From: Burkholderiales bacterium
Lineage (GTDB): Bacteria; Pseudomonadota; Gammaproteobacteria; Burkholderiales; Casimicrobiaceae
Direction of reading: 5' to 3'
Assembly: GCA_046347855.1 (NCBI GenBank)
Contig: JAXMFJ010000011.1
Coordinates: 70,843 to 134,842 of the forward strand
Length of the DNA stretch: 64,000 bases
The notes under the pieces are model-generated. The model was given only the letters and a program-made list of their open reading frames with translations. It did not search any database and was not told the DNA's origin. The position numbers were made by a program, and so were the translations under genes. This document shows positions 19,367 to 28,343 of this stretch, one piece after another (position 1 is the stretch's first letter; every line of letters begins with the position of its first letter).

Positions 19367-20131
19367 ATGAACGAGCCCGCCGACGGCCGCCCGCCCCTCG
19401 CGTACAAGAACGAGCCGTTCCTCGACAGCGACGACGCGCGCCCGCTGCGCATCCTGTCCGAGTACCTGCAGCCGCTGTACGCGTTCGAGCGCCAGCGCAT
19501 CTGCGGCACGATCGTGTTCTTCGGCTCCGCGCGGCTGCGGCCCGACGGCCCGCTCGGCGAGTACTACGAGGCGGCGCGCGATCTCGCGCGGCGCGTGACG
19601 GCGTGGTCGGAGCAGGTCTCGCCCGAGATGTGCCACTACGCGGTGTGCACCGGCGGCGGAGGCGGCATCATGGAGGCGGCCAACCGCGGCGCGCTGGAGG
19701 CGGGCGGCAAGTCCATCGGCCTCAACATCGGCCTGCCGCACGAGCAGCAGCCGAACGGCTTCACGTCGCCCGACCTCGCGTTCGAGTTCCACTACTTCTT
19801 CATGCGCAAGCTGTGGTTCGCGCATCTCGCGCACGGGCTCGTGGTGTTCCCGGGCGGCTTCGGCACGCTCGACGAGCTGATGGAGATGCTGACGCTCATG
19901 CAGACCGGGAAGATCCGGCGGCGCGTGCCCGTCGTGCTGTACGGCACGCGCTACTGGAACGAGATCCTCGATTTCGACGCGCTCGTGCGCCACGGCATGA
20001 TCGACGCGACGGACCTCGCGCACTTCCGCTTCGCCGACGAGCCGGCGCAGGCGCTGGCGTTGCTGCAGGCGGGCGTCGCGCCGCTGCCCGACAAGGCGCC
20101 GCCGGTGATCGCGCACTCGCGCACGCCGTGA
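19367..20131 (+). CDS. LOG family (TIGR00730-like) nucleotide phosphoribohydrolase
   Basis: TGGGGGIMEAANRGA, SIGLNI.LPHEQ.PN, FHYFFMRKLWF, PGGFGTLDE. Confidence 0.9.
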   Translation: MNEPADGRPPLAYKNEPFLDSDDARPLRILSEYLQPLYAFERQRICGTIVFFGSARLRPDGPLGEYYEAARDLARRVTAWSEQVSPEMCHYAVCTGGGGGIMEAANRGALEAGGKSIGLNIGLPHEQQPNGFTSPDLAFEFHYFFMRKLWFAHLAHGLVVFPGGFGTLDELMEMLTLMQTGKIRRRVPVVLYGTRYWNEILDFDALVRHGMIDATDLAHFRFADEPAQALALLQAGVAPLPDKAPPVIAHSRTP

Positions 20132-20137
20132 GGCCGG

Positions 20138-21283
20138 TCAGGCGTCCGCCGGCACCCGCACCCAGCCTTCCATCAGCCGTCGCGCGCTGCGGCTTTGCAC
20201 CACCTTCGCGACGCGCCAGGCGCCATCGCGGCGCTCGACCGCGGCGCCCACGGCGAGCGTGCCCGAGGGATGCCCGAACACCGTCCGCGCGGCATCGTGC
20301 GTCGCGGGCAGCAGGCCGTGCACGACGGTGCCGGGAATCGCGGCCGCCGCGGCGAGCGCCACCGCGCCGGTGCCGGTCATCGCGTGGTGCAGCGCGCCCA
20401 TGGACATGATGCGCGCGACGAGGTCGACGCGCGCCGCGGGCACCGGCGTGCCGTCGGCGGCGACGTAGTCGCGCGGCGCCGCGACGAACGCGAGCTTCGG
20501 CGTGTGCAGGCGCGTCGCGGTCGCTTCCTGCGGCGTGCGGGCGAGGCCCATCGCGACGGCCGCGTGCGCGCGCACGGCTTCCAGGCGCGCGAGCAGGGCG
20601 GCGTCGCCGTCGACGTCGCGCTTGTGCTCGGTGCCGGCCAGCCCCAGCGCCGCTGCGGCGACGAACACCGTCGGGTTGCCGGCATCGATCAGCGTCGCAT
20701 CGAGGCGGCCGACGCCGGGCACGTCGAGCGTGTCGGCGGCGTGTCCCGTCGACAGCATCGTGCCGCCGCCGGGATCGAGGAACTCGAGGCGCACCTCCGC
20801 CGCGGGGAACGTCACGCCGTCGAGCGCGAACGTGCCTTCCTCGCGCACTGCGCCGGCCGCCATCGGCACGTGCGCGACGATGACCTTGCCGATGCCCGCC
20901 TGCCACAGGCGCACGGTGGCCATCCCGTCGCGCGGGGCGGCGACGAGCCCCTCGGCGATCGCGAACGGCGCCACCGCAGTGGTGAGGTTGCCGCAGTTGC
21001 CCGACCAGTCGATGAGCGGACGGTCGATCGCGACCTGCCCGAAGCGGTACTCGACGTGGCAGTCCGCGCGCGTCGACGGCGCGACCAGCACGACCTTGCT
21101 CGTGCTCGACGTGGCGCCGCCCATGCCGTCGATCTGGCGGCCGTAGGGATCGGGACTGCCGATCACGCGCAGCAGCAGGCGGTCGCGCAGCGCCGGGTCG
21201 GCGGGCAGGTCGCGCGCGTGGAAGAACACGCCCTTGCTGGTGCCGCCGCGCATGTACACGGCGGGGATGCGGAGCTGGGTCAC
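20138..21283 (-). CDS. prpF: PrpF family (2-methylaconitate cis-trans isomerase-like) protein
   Basis: YMRGGTSKGVFF, GSPDPYGRQIDGMGGATSSTSKV, WSGNCGNLT, HHAMTGTGAV, GHPSG, RSARRLMEG. Confidence 0.9.
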   Translation of the reverse strand: MTQLRIPAVYMRGGTSKGVFFHARDLPADPALRDRLLLRVIGSPDPYGRQIDGMGGATSSTSKVVLVAPSTRADCHVEYRFGQVAIDRPLIDWSGNCGNLTTAVAPFAIAEGLVAAPRDGMATVRLWQAGIGKVIVAHVPMAAGAVREEGTFALDGVTFPAAEVRLEFLDPGGGTMLSTGHAADTLDVPGVGRLDATLIDAGNPTVFVAAAALGLAGTEHKRDVDGDAALLARLEAVRAHAAVAMGLARTPQEATATRLHTPKLAFVAAPRDYVAADGTPVPAARVDLVARIMSMGALHHAMTGTGAVALAAAAAIPGTVVHGLLPATHDAARTVFGHPSGTLAVGAAVERRDGAWRVAKVVQSRSARRLMEGWVRVPADA

Positions 21284-21309
21284 GGCCGCAGTGTAGCGCG
21301 GTCCCCTCG

Positions 21310-21401
21310 GTCGTCCCCGCGCAGGCGGGGACCCAGTGTCTTTCGATCGTTAGCTCGCGAAGTCGCCAACGACGCTGGGTCCCCGCCTGCGCGGGGACGA
21401 C
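21310..21401. repeat. REP family B, inverted pair with 38-bp spacer
   Basis: 21310-21336 GTCGTCCCCGCGCAGGCGGGGACCCAG and its exact reverse complement at 21375-21401. Confidence 0.9.
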
Positions 21402-21444
21402 GAATGCAACTGACAACGCCCAATGCGCGCAGTACGAGCGCGCG

Positions 21445-24231
21445 TCACGCCCCTTGCTTTGCCTCCCGCAACGCCGCCTGCGCCGCCGCGAGCCGCGCGA
21501 CCGGCACGCGGAACGGCGAGCAGCTCACGTAGTCGAGCCCGATGCGGTGGCAGAAGTCGATCGACGCGGGGTCGCCGCCGTGCTCGCCGCAGATGCCGAC
21601 TTCGAGCGACGGCCGCGCCGCGCGGCCCAACCCGACGCCGATGCGCATCAGCGCGCCGACACCCAGCTGGTCGAGCGTCGCGAACGGGTTCTCGGGCAGG
21701 ATGCGCTTCGCGAGGTATTCCTGCAGGAAGCCCGTCTCCGCGTCGTCGCGCGAGATGCCGAACGTGGTCTGCGTGAGGTCGTTGGTGCCGAACGAGAAGA
21801 ACGCCGCCTGCTGCGCGATCTCGCCCGCGGTGACCGCGGCGCGCGGCACCTCGATCATCGTGCCGTACTCGTAGCGCACCTTGCGACCCTGCTCCTTCAT
21901 CACCGCGCGCGCCTCGGCCTCGAGCACGTCCTTCTCGAACTTGAGCTCGTTGTTGTGCGCGGTGAGCGGGATCATGATCTTGGGCTTCACCTTGACGCCG
22001 TCGCGCGCGCACGCGCACGCCGCCTCGAGGATCGCGCGCACCTGCATGCGCACCAGCGCCGGCAGGTGGATGCCGAGGCGCACGCCGCGCAGGCCGAGCA
22101 TCGGGTTCGCCTCGCGCATGCCTTCCACCGCCGCGAGCAGCTTCTTCTTCTGCGCGAGCGTGCCGGCGAGGCCGAGCGGATCGTCCCCGGCCGCGAGCGC
22201 CGCGCCGGCGAGCTGCGTGCGCGTCTCCATCTCGGTGACGTCGCGCAGGAGCTCGTCGTGGCTCGGCAGGAACTCGTGCAGCGGCGGATCGATGAGGCGG
22301 ATCGTCACCGGCGCGCCGTCCATCGCGCGGAACAGTCCCTCGAAATCGGCGCGCTGCACGGGCAGCAGCTGCGCGAGGCACGCGTCGCGCTCGGCGTCGT
22401 CCTGCGCGAGGATCATCCGCTGCACGATCGGCAGCCGGTCCGTCTCGAAGAACATGTGCTCGGTGCGCGTGAGGCCGATGCCTTCCGCGCCGTAGCGGCG
22501 CGCGCGCTCCGCGTCGCGCGGATAGTCGGCGTTGGCCCACACCCCGAGGCGCCGGAAGCCGTCGGCCCACGCGAGCAGCGTGAGCAGCGCGGGATCGTCG
22601 AACTCCGGCACGACGGTCGCGAGCTGCCCCGCGAACACTTCGCCGGTGGTGCCGTCGATCGACACGAAGTCGCCGGCGCGCAGCACGCGGCCGCCGACCG
22701 TCATCTGCGCCGCGACGGGATCGATGTCGAGCGCCGTGGCGCCCACGACCGCGGGACGCCCGAACTGGCGCGCCACCAGCGCCGCGTGGCTCGTGCGGCC
22801 GCCACGCGAGGTGACGATGCCGCGCGCGGCGAGCATGCCGTGCACGTCGTCGGGCTTGGTCTCGGGCCGCGCCATGATCACGGCCTTCTTCTCCTCGCGC
22901 GCCCAGCGCTCGGCGGTGTCGGCGTCGAACGCGAGGATGCCCGCCGCCGCGCCCGGCGACACGTTGAGGCCGGTGGCGACGAGGTCGCCGCGCGCCTTCG
23001 CCGCGGCACGCTCCGCCGGCGCGAACTGCGGATGCAGGAACCAGTCGATGTGCTCGGGCGTGACGCGCAGCACGGCCTCGCCGCGCGTGATCCGCCGCTC
23101 GTTGGCGAGGTCGACCGCGATGCGCACGGCGGCCTGCGCGGTGCGCTTCGCGTCGCGCGTCTGCAGCACCCACAGCTTGCCGCGCTCGACGGTGAACTCC
23201 ACGTCCTGCACGTCGCGGCAATGCCGCTCGAGCGTCGCGCAGGCGCGCGCGAGCGCCTTCCACGCGCCGGGCAGCACGTCGCCCAGCGTGCCGATGCGCT
23301 GCGTGTCGCGGGTGCCGGACACGACGTCCTCACCCTGCGCGTTGAGCAGCCAGTCGCCCTCGATCGCGCGCTCGCCGGTGGTGACGTTGCGCGTGGTGAG
23401 CACGCCGGTCGCGGAATCGGCGCCCAGGTTGCCGAACACCATCGTCTGGATGTTCACCGCGGTGCCCAAATCGTGCGCGATGCCCGCGGCGTTGCGGTAG
23501 TCGATCGCGCGCTTGCCGTTCCACGAGCGGAACACCGCCTCGACGGCGAGGCGCAGCTGCTCGCGCGGTTCGGCGGGGAAGGGCCGGCCCGTGTGGCTTG
23601 CGACCAGCGCGAGGAACGTGCGCGTGACGGCCTGCAGGTCGTCGGCGGAGAGGTCCGCGTCGTTGGCGACGCTGCGCTCGCGGCGCCGGCGCGCGAGCTC
23701 GTCCTCGAACGGCTCGTCGGGCAGCCCGAGCACCACGGTGGCGAACATCTGCACGAGGCGGCGATACGCGTCCCACGCGAAGCGCGGATCGCGCGTGAGC
23801 GTCGCGAGGCCCGCGGCCACCGTGTCGTTCATGCCGATGTTGAGCACGGTGTCCATCATGCCGGGCATCGAGAACTTCGCGCCGGAGCGGCAGGACACGA
23901 GCAGCGGACGCTTCGGATCGCCGAAGCGCTTGCCCGTGGCGCGCTCGACGCGCGCGAGCGCCGCCTCGACCTGCGGCCACAGGTCCTCGGGCGCGCCGCC
24001 CTGCGCGAGGTAGGCGTTGCACGCCTCGGTGCTGACGATGAAGCCCGGCGGCACCGGCAGCCCGAGCCGGGTCATCTCGCACAGGTTGGCGCCCTTGCCG
24101 CCGAGCAGGGCCTTCATGCCGGCGTTGCCGTCGGCGAAGAGATAGACCCAGCGGTTGGGACGGCGCGGCGAGACGCCGGCGGCGCGCGATGCGGTGCGTG
24201 CGCGCAGCGGCACGGTGGATAGGCGGCTCAT
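21445..24231 (-). CDS. ppdK: Pyruvate, phosphate dikinase
   Basis: LLGGKGANL, LLVSCRSGA..SMPGMMDTVLNIG, GG.TSHAA (phospho-His), GLTRTEHMF, EANPMLGLRG.R, FSFGTNDLTQ, GICGEHGG. Confidence 0.96.
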   Translation of the reverse strand: MSRLSTVPLRARTASRAAGVSPRRPNRWVYLFADGNAGMKALLGGKGANLCEMTRLGLPVPPGFIVSTEACNAYLAQGGAPEDLWPQVEAALARVERATGKRFGDPKRPLLVSCRSGAKFSMPGMMDTVLNIGMNDTVAAGLATLTRDPRFAWDAYRRLVQMFATVVLGLPDEPFEDELARRRRERSVANDADLSADDLQAVTRTFLALVASHTGRPFPAEPREQLRLAVEAVFRSWNGKRAIDYRNAAGIAHDLGTAVNIQTMVFGNLGADSATGVLTTRNVTTGERAIEGDWLLNAQGEDVVSGTRDTQRIGTLGDVLPGAWKALARACATLERHCRDVQDVEFTVERGKLWVLQTRDAKRTAQAAVRIAVDLANERRITRGEAVLRVTPEHIDWFLHPQFAPAERAAAKARGDLVATGLNVSPGAAAGILAFDADTAERWAREEKKAVIMARPETKPDDVHGMLAARGIVTSRGGRTSHAALVARQFGRPAVVGATALDIDPVAAQMTVGGRVLRAGDFVSIDGTTGEVFAGQLATVVPEFDDPALLTLLAWADGFRRLGVWANADYPRDAERARRYGAEGIGLTRTEHMFFETDRLPIVQRMILAQDDAERDACLAQLLPVQRADFEGLFRAMDGAPVTIRLIDPPLHEFLPSHDELLRDVTEMETRTQLAGAALAAGDDPLGLAGTLAQKKKLLAAVEGMREANPMLGLRGVRLGIHLPALVRMQVRAILEAACACARDGVKVKPKIMIPLTAHNNELKFEKDVLEAEARAVMKEQGRKVRYEYGTMIEVPRAAVTAGEIAQQAAFFSFGTNDLTQTTFGISRDDAETGFLQEYLAKRILPENPFATLDQLGVGALMRIGVGLGRAARPSLEVGICGEHGGDPASIDFCHRIGLDYVSCSPFRVPVARLAAAQAALREAKQGA

Positions 24232-24340
24232 GGGACTCCCTGCTCGAAACGAGCACGCCGCTCACGGCCGCGCGGGACCCGCGTGAACCTGCGGCGGTGC
24301 CCTCAAGGCTTCATTGTCGGCGCGCGCAGGCGAGCGGAAG

Positions 24341-24354
24341 CTGACGCACGTCAA
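24341..24354 (-). promoter_or_regulatory. FNR/CRP-family-like palindrome TTGAC-N4-GTCAG upstream of ppdK
   Basis: Minus strand TTGACGTGCGTCAG, centred at 24347.5. A GACAAT -10-like hexamer at 24318-24313 puts the centre near -41.5. Confidence 0.5.
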
Positions 24355-24466
24355 CCGGCCGTGCGATGCGGACCGCGCGTTCCGCTGTTGCAGACCGGTG
24401 ACGCGGAAGCGCGTCCGGCGCAGCTGCGCATCCACCCGCGCAGCGGCCGGTCCTGCCAGGTGCCGG

Positions 24467-24742
24467 CTAGCGCCGGCCGTACGGCGGCGGCCGGCGGGTC
24501 GGCGTCGCCGTGGGCGTGCGCTCGTCCTTGTGCCGGAACGTGATGCGTCCCTTGGTGAGGTCGTAGGGGGTGAGCTCGATGCTCACCTTGTCGCCCGCGA
24601 GGATGCGGATGCGGTGCTTGCGCATCTTGCCGGAGACGTACGCGATGATGTCGTGGCCGTTGTCGAGCCCGACGCGAAAGCGCGTATCGGGCATGACCTC
24701 GTTCACCACACCTTCCATCTCGATCATTTCTTCCTTGGCCAT
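24467..24742 (-). CDS. infA: Translation initiation factor IF-1 paralog with basic/Pro-rich C-terminal tail
   Basis: [66 protein letters not shown]; 91 aa. Confidence 0.95.
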   Translation of the reverse strand: MAKEEMIEMEGVVNEVMPDTRFRVGLDNGHDIIAYVSGKMRKHRIRILAGDKVSIELTPYDLTKGRITFRHKDERTPTATPTRRPPPYGRR

Positions 24743-24914
24743 CGTATGCCTCATATGGGGACGATCCCGTGCGCAGGCAACGGGGCCGGGGCGCATGGGA
24801 TGGACGCTGCACCGCGCATGCTGCGCGGGGCGCATCCGATGCGCGACGGGAGGGAACTGCGGAGGGGACCGACGCGGGGGACGTCAGGCCGGTCCGATCG
24901 ACTTCGATCCTGCA

Positions 24915-24920
24915 ATTATA
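24915..24920 (-). promoter_or_regulatory. Consensus -10 box (TATAAT) of the putative infA promoter
   Basis: Perfect TATAAT on the minus strand in a GC-rich context, about 170 nt upstream of the infA ATG. No clear -35. Confidence 0.55.
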
Positions 24921-25004
24921 CGCCGGTTTGATGCCGGCCCCACGAACGGCGCGTGCCTCTGCACAGCGCACGTGGGCGCGGATTCGTGCGCAATCCGCCG
25001 CAAG

Positions 25005-25151
25005 GCGCTCGTCGTTGCGTGGCATCTTCCCGCGGCCGGCGCCGGGCCGCCCCAAGCCGGCCGCCTGACTTGCCGTGGACGTTCCGGCTGCAAAAGGCGC
25101 AACGCCGGCTTCGCGTCATCCACCGCCACCACGGACGCCTTTTGCAGACGT
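25005..25151 (-). repeat. Dispersed ~147-bp structured element (family C), copy 2
   Basis: Reverse complement ACGTCTGCAAAAGGCGTCCG...GCCGGCGTTGCGCCTTTTGCAGCCGGAAC...TCAGGCGGCCGGCTTGGGGCGGCCCGGCG; matches 5841-5988. Confidence 0.85.
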
Positions 25152-25154
25152 TGC

Positions 25155-25604
25155 CTAGCCCTCGAGCTTGGCGGGATCGATGGTCGTCGAGTGCGTGGCG
25201 AGGTAGACCTCGCGCAGGAACGAGGCGAGGCCGCCGATGATGCCCACCATCGCGAGCGTGAACAGCAGGCCCGCGGCCCACTTGAGGCTCTGCCCGAAGT
25301 ACTCCTCGACGAACAGCGTGACGATCACGAGGCAGATCAGGAGCGCCGCCACGGTGCACAGGTTGATCGACCAGCTCGCGAGGTGACGGCGCCGCTCGAG
25401 CATCGCGAGCTCCTCGCGCGCGTCGTGGCGCGCGAGCGCGCCCATCCGCGGCCACGCCTCGGCCAGCCAGCGCGCGCGATCGATGACGCGGGCGAGGCGC
25501 GTGGCCATCACGCCGAGCAGCCCGGCGATGCCGGTGAGCAGGAACACGGGGGCGACCGCGAGCTGGATCGCGTGCGCGACGACCGGGGATACTTCGGTGG
25601 CCAT
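25155..25604 (-). CDS. DUF2721-like membrane protein
   Basis: IQLAVAPVFLLTGIAGLLGVMATRLARVIDRAR...L.RR..L...SI.L; 3 TM segments. Confidence 0.8.
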   Translation of the reverse strand: MATEVSPVVAHAIQLAVAPVFLLTGIAGLLGVMATRLARVIDRARWLAEAWPRMGALARHDAREELAMLERRRHLASWSINLCTVAALLICLVIVTLFVEEYFGQSLKWAAGLLFTLAMVGIIGGLASFLREVYLATHSTTIDPAKLEG

Positions 25605-25749
25605 GGCAACGGGCGAATGCGGGGTGGGCGGCCGATTCTAGCAGCGGCCACCGCGCGCGCCCGTTCGCGGCGCGTGGCCATGCCGTAGAATCGCGAGGCC
25701 GCGCCGCGCGGCTCCTGCCTGGTCGCGCGCGTTTTCCTTCACCATCGGA

Positions 25750-28275
25750 ATGCCACCCATGATCGCTCGCCGCGCGCTCGCCGCCGCTGCTGCCCTTGCC
25801 CTGCTCGTCGTGGCGGGATCCTTGCCCGCGGCGCCGGCCGCCGCACCGTCTGCGGCGCCCGCCGTGACCACCGATGCATGGCCGCGCGACGTGACCCTGG
25901 CGAACGGCACGCTGCGCGTCTATCCGCCGCAGGTGGCGCAGTGGTCGGGCGCCGAGCTCTCGTTCCGCGCCGCGGTTGCGCTGGTGGGCGGTCCCAACGC
26001 ACCCGAGTCGTTCGGCGTCGTGTTCGCCACGGCGCGCACGCACGTCGACAAGGTCGCGCGCACCGTGCTGCTCGACGGCTTCAAGGTCGCGCGCGTGGAG
26101 TTTCCCGCGCTCCCGGACAAAGGGGCATCGCTCGCGGCGGACATCGGCGCGAAGATGGCGGGCGCGGTGCGCACCGTGTCGCTCGACCGGCTGCAGCTGT
26201 CGCTCGCGGCGGCCGGTTCCACGGGCAAGGCGGTGGCCGTGCGCAACGACCCGCCGCGCGTGATCGTGAGCGAGGCGCCGGCGATCCTCGTCCCGATCGA
26301 CGGCGCACCCGTGCTGCAGCCGGTGGCCGGCAACCCGGGCTTCTCGCGCGTCGTCAACACGCGCGCGCTGATCGTGAAGAGCGCGGCGGCGCCGCAGTAC
26401 TTCCTGCACGTGTACGACGGCTGGCTCATGGCGAGCACGCTCGACGGCCCGTGGACGCAGCCGTTCCTGCCACCCGACGGCATGGATGCGGTCGCGAAGA
26501 AGATCGCGGCCACCGGCGTCGTGGACCTGCTCGACGGCGGCCCGCGCGCGGCGCCCAGGCCTTCGCTCAACAATGGCGTGCCGGCGATCTACACGAGCAC
26601 GGTGCCGGCGGAGCTGATCGTGTTCGGCGGCAAGGCGGATTTCGCGCCGATCGTGGGCACGTCGCTGTCGTGGGCGACGAACACCACCAGCGACGTGCTG
26701 TCCGACGGCAGCAACGTGTACGTGCTGCTCGCCGGCCGCTGGTTCCGCGCGGCGTCGCTCGCGGGGCCGTGGACGTACGTCGCCAACGACGCGCTGCCCG
26801 CCGACTTCGCGAGGATTCCCGCGACGTCGCGCGCGGGTGCGGTGCTCGCGGCGGTGGCGGGCACGCCGCAGGCGCGCGAGGCGCTGATCGAGAACGCCAT
26901 TGCGCAGACCGCGACGATCCCGCTCGCCAACGGGCCCACGTTCACCGCGCGCTACGATGGCGCGCCGCGCTTCGCGCCCATCGACGGCACGTCGCTTTCT
27001 TACGCGGTCAACGCACCGGTGCCGGTGATCCAGGCGGCGCCGGACGCGTACTACGCGGTGAAGGCGGGCGTGTGGTTCACCGCGACGGCGGCGACCGGCC
27101 CGTGGACGATCGCGAAGTCGGTGCCCGATGCGATCTACACGATCCCGCCGTCGTCGCGCGTGTTCTTCGCGACGTTCGTGCGCATCTACGACGCGACCGC
27201 GGACCACGTGTTCGCGGGCTACACGCCGGGCTACCTAGGCGCGATGCGCGGCAGCGCGGGCACCGTGGTGTACGGCACCGGCTACGCGTACGCGCCGTAC
27301 CTCGGCGCGGTGTGGGTGCCCGGCCCGGCGACGTACGGCGTCGCGGCGGCGCCGGTGTACAACCGCTACGTCGGCTACACGTACGGCTTCGCGATGGGTC
27401 TCGCGACACCCGGGTTCGGCACGACCAAGGGCGCGCATTTCCATCCCGGCTACTGGGGCGGCTACCCGTGCTGCGGCTCGGCGAGCGCCAACGTCTACCA
27501 GTACTGGAGCCGCTCGACGTACGCGAAGGCGCGGGCCAAGGACGGCGCGCCGAAGCTCGCGGCGGCGCGTAAGCCCGCCGCGGCGCCTGCGCGTGGCGGC
27601 AAGGCGAGCGGGCCCGACGGCCTGCCGCCGCCCGCGATCCTGCCCGCGTCCGCGCCGGCGTCGGTCGCCGCGCAGCAGCAGATGACGATGGCCAATCGCG
27701 GCTACGACATGACGATGGTGAGCAATGCCGACGCGTCGAGTGCCGCGAACACGCCCGCGGTGAACAAGGCGATCGCGGCGGCCAACGCGCCGCAGTACAT
27801 CTCGGCCGTCGAGTACTACAAGAGCATCGGGCAGCCGCTGCCGACCGCCGCGACGTCGCCCGCGCCGGCGAACGTGTACGCGGACGCGCAGGGCAACGTG
27901 TATCGCCACGACGGGCGGCAGTGGCAGCAGGCGTCCGCCGGCGGCTGGACGAGCGCGCCGGCGGCCCCCGCGGGCATGGACGACGAGCGCGCGGGACGCG
28001 ACCGCGCGCAGGAGGCGGGCATGCAGGCCGGCTCGTACGCGATGAGCAACTCGACGCGCTTCACGGGGCAGGCGGGCGACGGCTGGTCGCGCCGCGACAG
28101 CGGCGACGGCGGCTACAGCCGCACGCTCGGCGGCGACGGCGGCATCCGCGCGGAGCAATGGCAGTACAACAACGACGTCCTCAACAACGAGTTCGACATC
28201 GCGATGAACGGCGGGTGGTGGGGGGAGGGTGTTTATGTCGGCGGGATTGGGTGGGGTGGGGTTTATGGGGATTGA
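25750..28275 (+). CDS. Large secreted protein of unknown function with low-complexity Ala/Gly/Tyr/Trp C-terminal third
   Basis: Signal peptide; WPRDVT..GTLRVYPPQ, repeated W..A.SL.GPW segments, YY.V..GVWF. C-ending codon usage supports this frame. Confidence 0.75.
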   Translation: MPPMIARRALAAAAALALLVVAGSLPAAPAAAPSAAPAVTTDAWPRDVTLANGTLRVYPPQVAQWSGAELSFRAAVALVGGPNAPESFGVVFATARTHVDKVARTVLLDGFKVARVEFPALPDKGASLAADIGAKMAGAVRTVSLDRLQLSLAAAGSTGKAVAVRNDPPRVIVSEAPAILVPIDGAPVLQPVAGNPGFSRVVNTRALIVKSAAAPQYFLHVYDGWLMASTLDGPWTQPFLPPDGMDAVAKKIAATGVVDLLDGGPRAAPRPSLNNGVPAIYTSTVPAELIVFGGKADFAPIVGTSLSWATNTTSDVLSDGSNVYVLLAGRWFRAASLAGPWTYVANDALPADFARIPATSRAGAVLAAVAGTPQAREALIENAIAQTATIPLANGPTFTARYDGAPRFAPIDGTSLSYAVNAPVPVIQAAPDAYYAVKAGVWFTATAATGPWTIAKSVPDAIYTIPPSSRVFFATFVRIYDATADHVFAGYTPGYLGAMRGSAGTVVYGTGYAYAPYLGAVWVPGPATYGVAAAPVYNRYVGYTYGFAMGLATPGFGTTKGAHFHPGYWGGYPCCGSASANVYQYWSRSTYAKARAKDGAPKLAAARKPAAAPARGGKASGPDGLPPPAILPASAPASVAAQQQMTMANRGYDMTMVSNADASSAANTPAVNKAIAAANAPQYISAVEYYKSIGQPLPTAATSPAPANVYADAQGNVYRHDGRQWQQASAGGWTSAPAAPAGMDDERAGRDRAQEAGMQAGSYAMSNSTRFTGQAGDGWSRRDSGDGGYSRTLGGDGGIRAEQWQYNNDVLNNEFDIAMNGGWWGEGVYVGGIGWGGVYGD

Positions 28276-28343
28276 TGGCGGCTCGTCGGGGCGCTTCGAT
28301 TCGTGATCCTTCCTTCGAGGAATCTGCGTAACTCGCGGCGCTG

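Noticed and set aside
15612-19370. Very long alternative-frame and antisense ORFs (e.g. 15612-19370, 21454-24222, 58857-61181, 24916-27207)
   Set aside because: Arg/Ala/Gly-rich shadows of real genes, expected at this GC content and codon bias; no family motifs.
24743-24910. Known riboswitch in the infA leader or the ppdK upstream region
   Set aside because: I recognised no conserved riboswitch core; this needs an Rfam search. Kept only as an unexplained leader.
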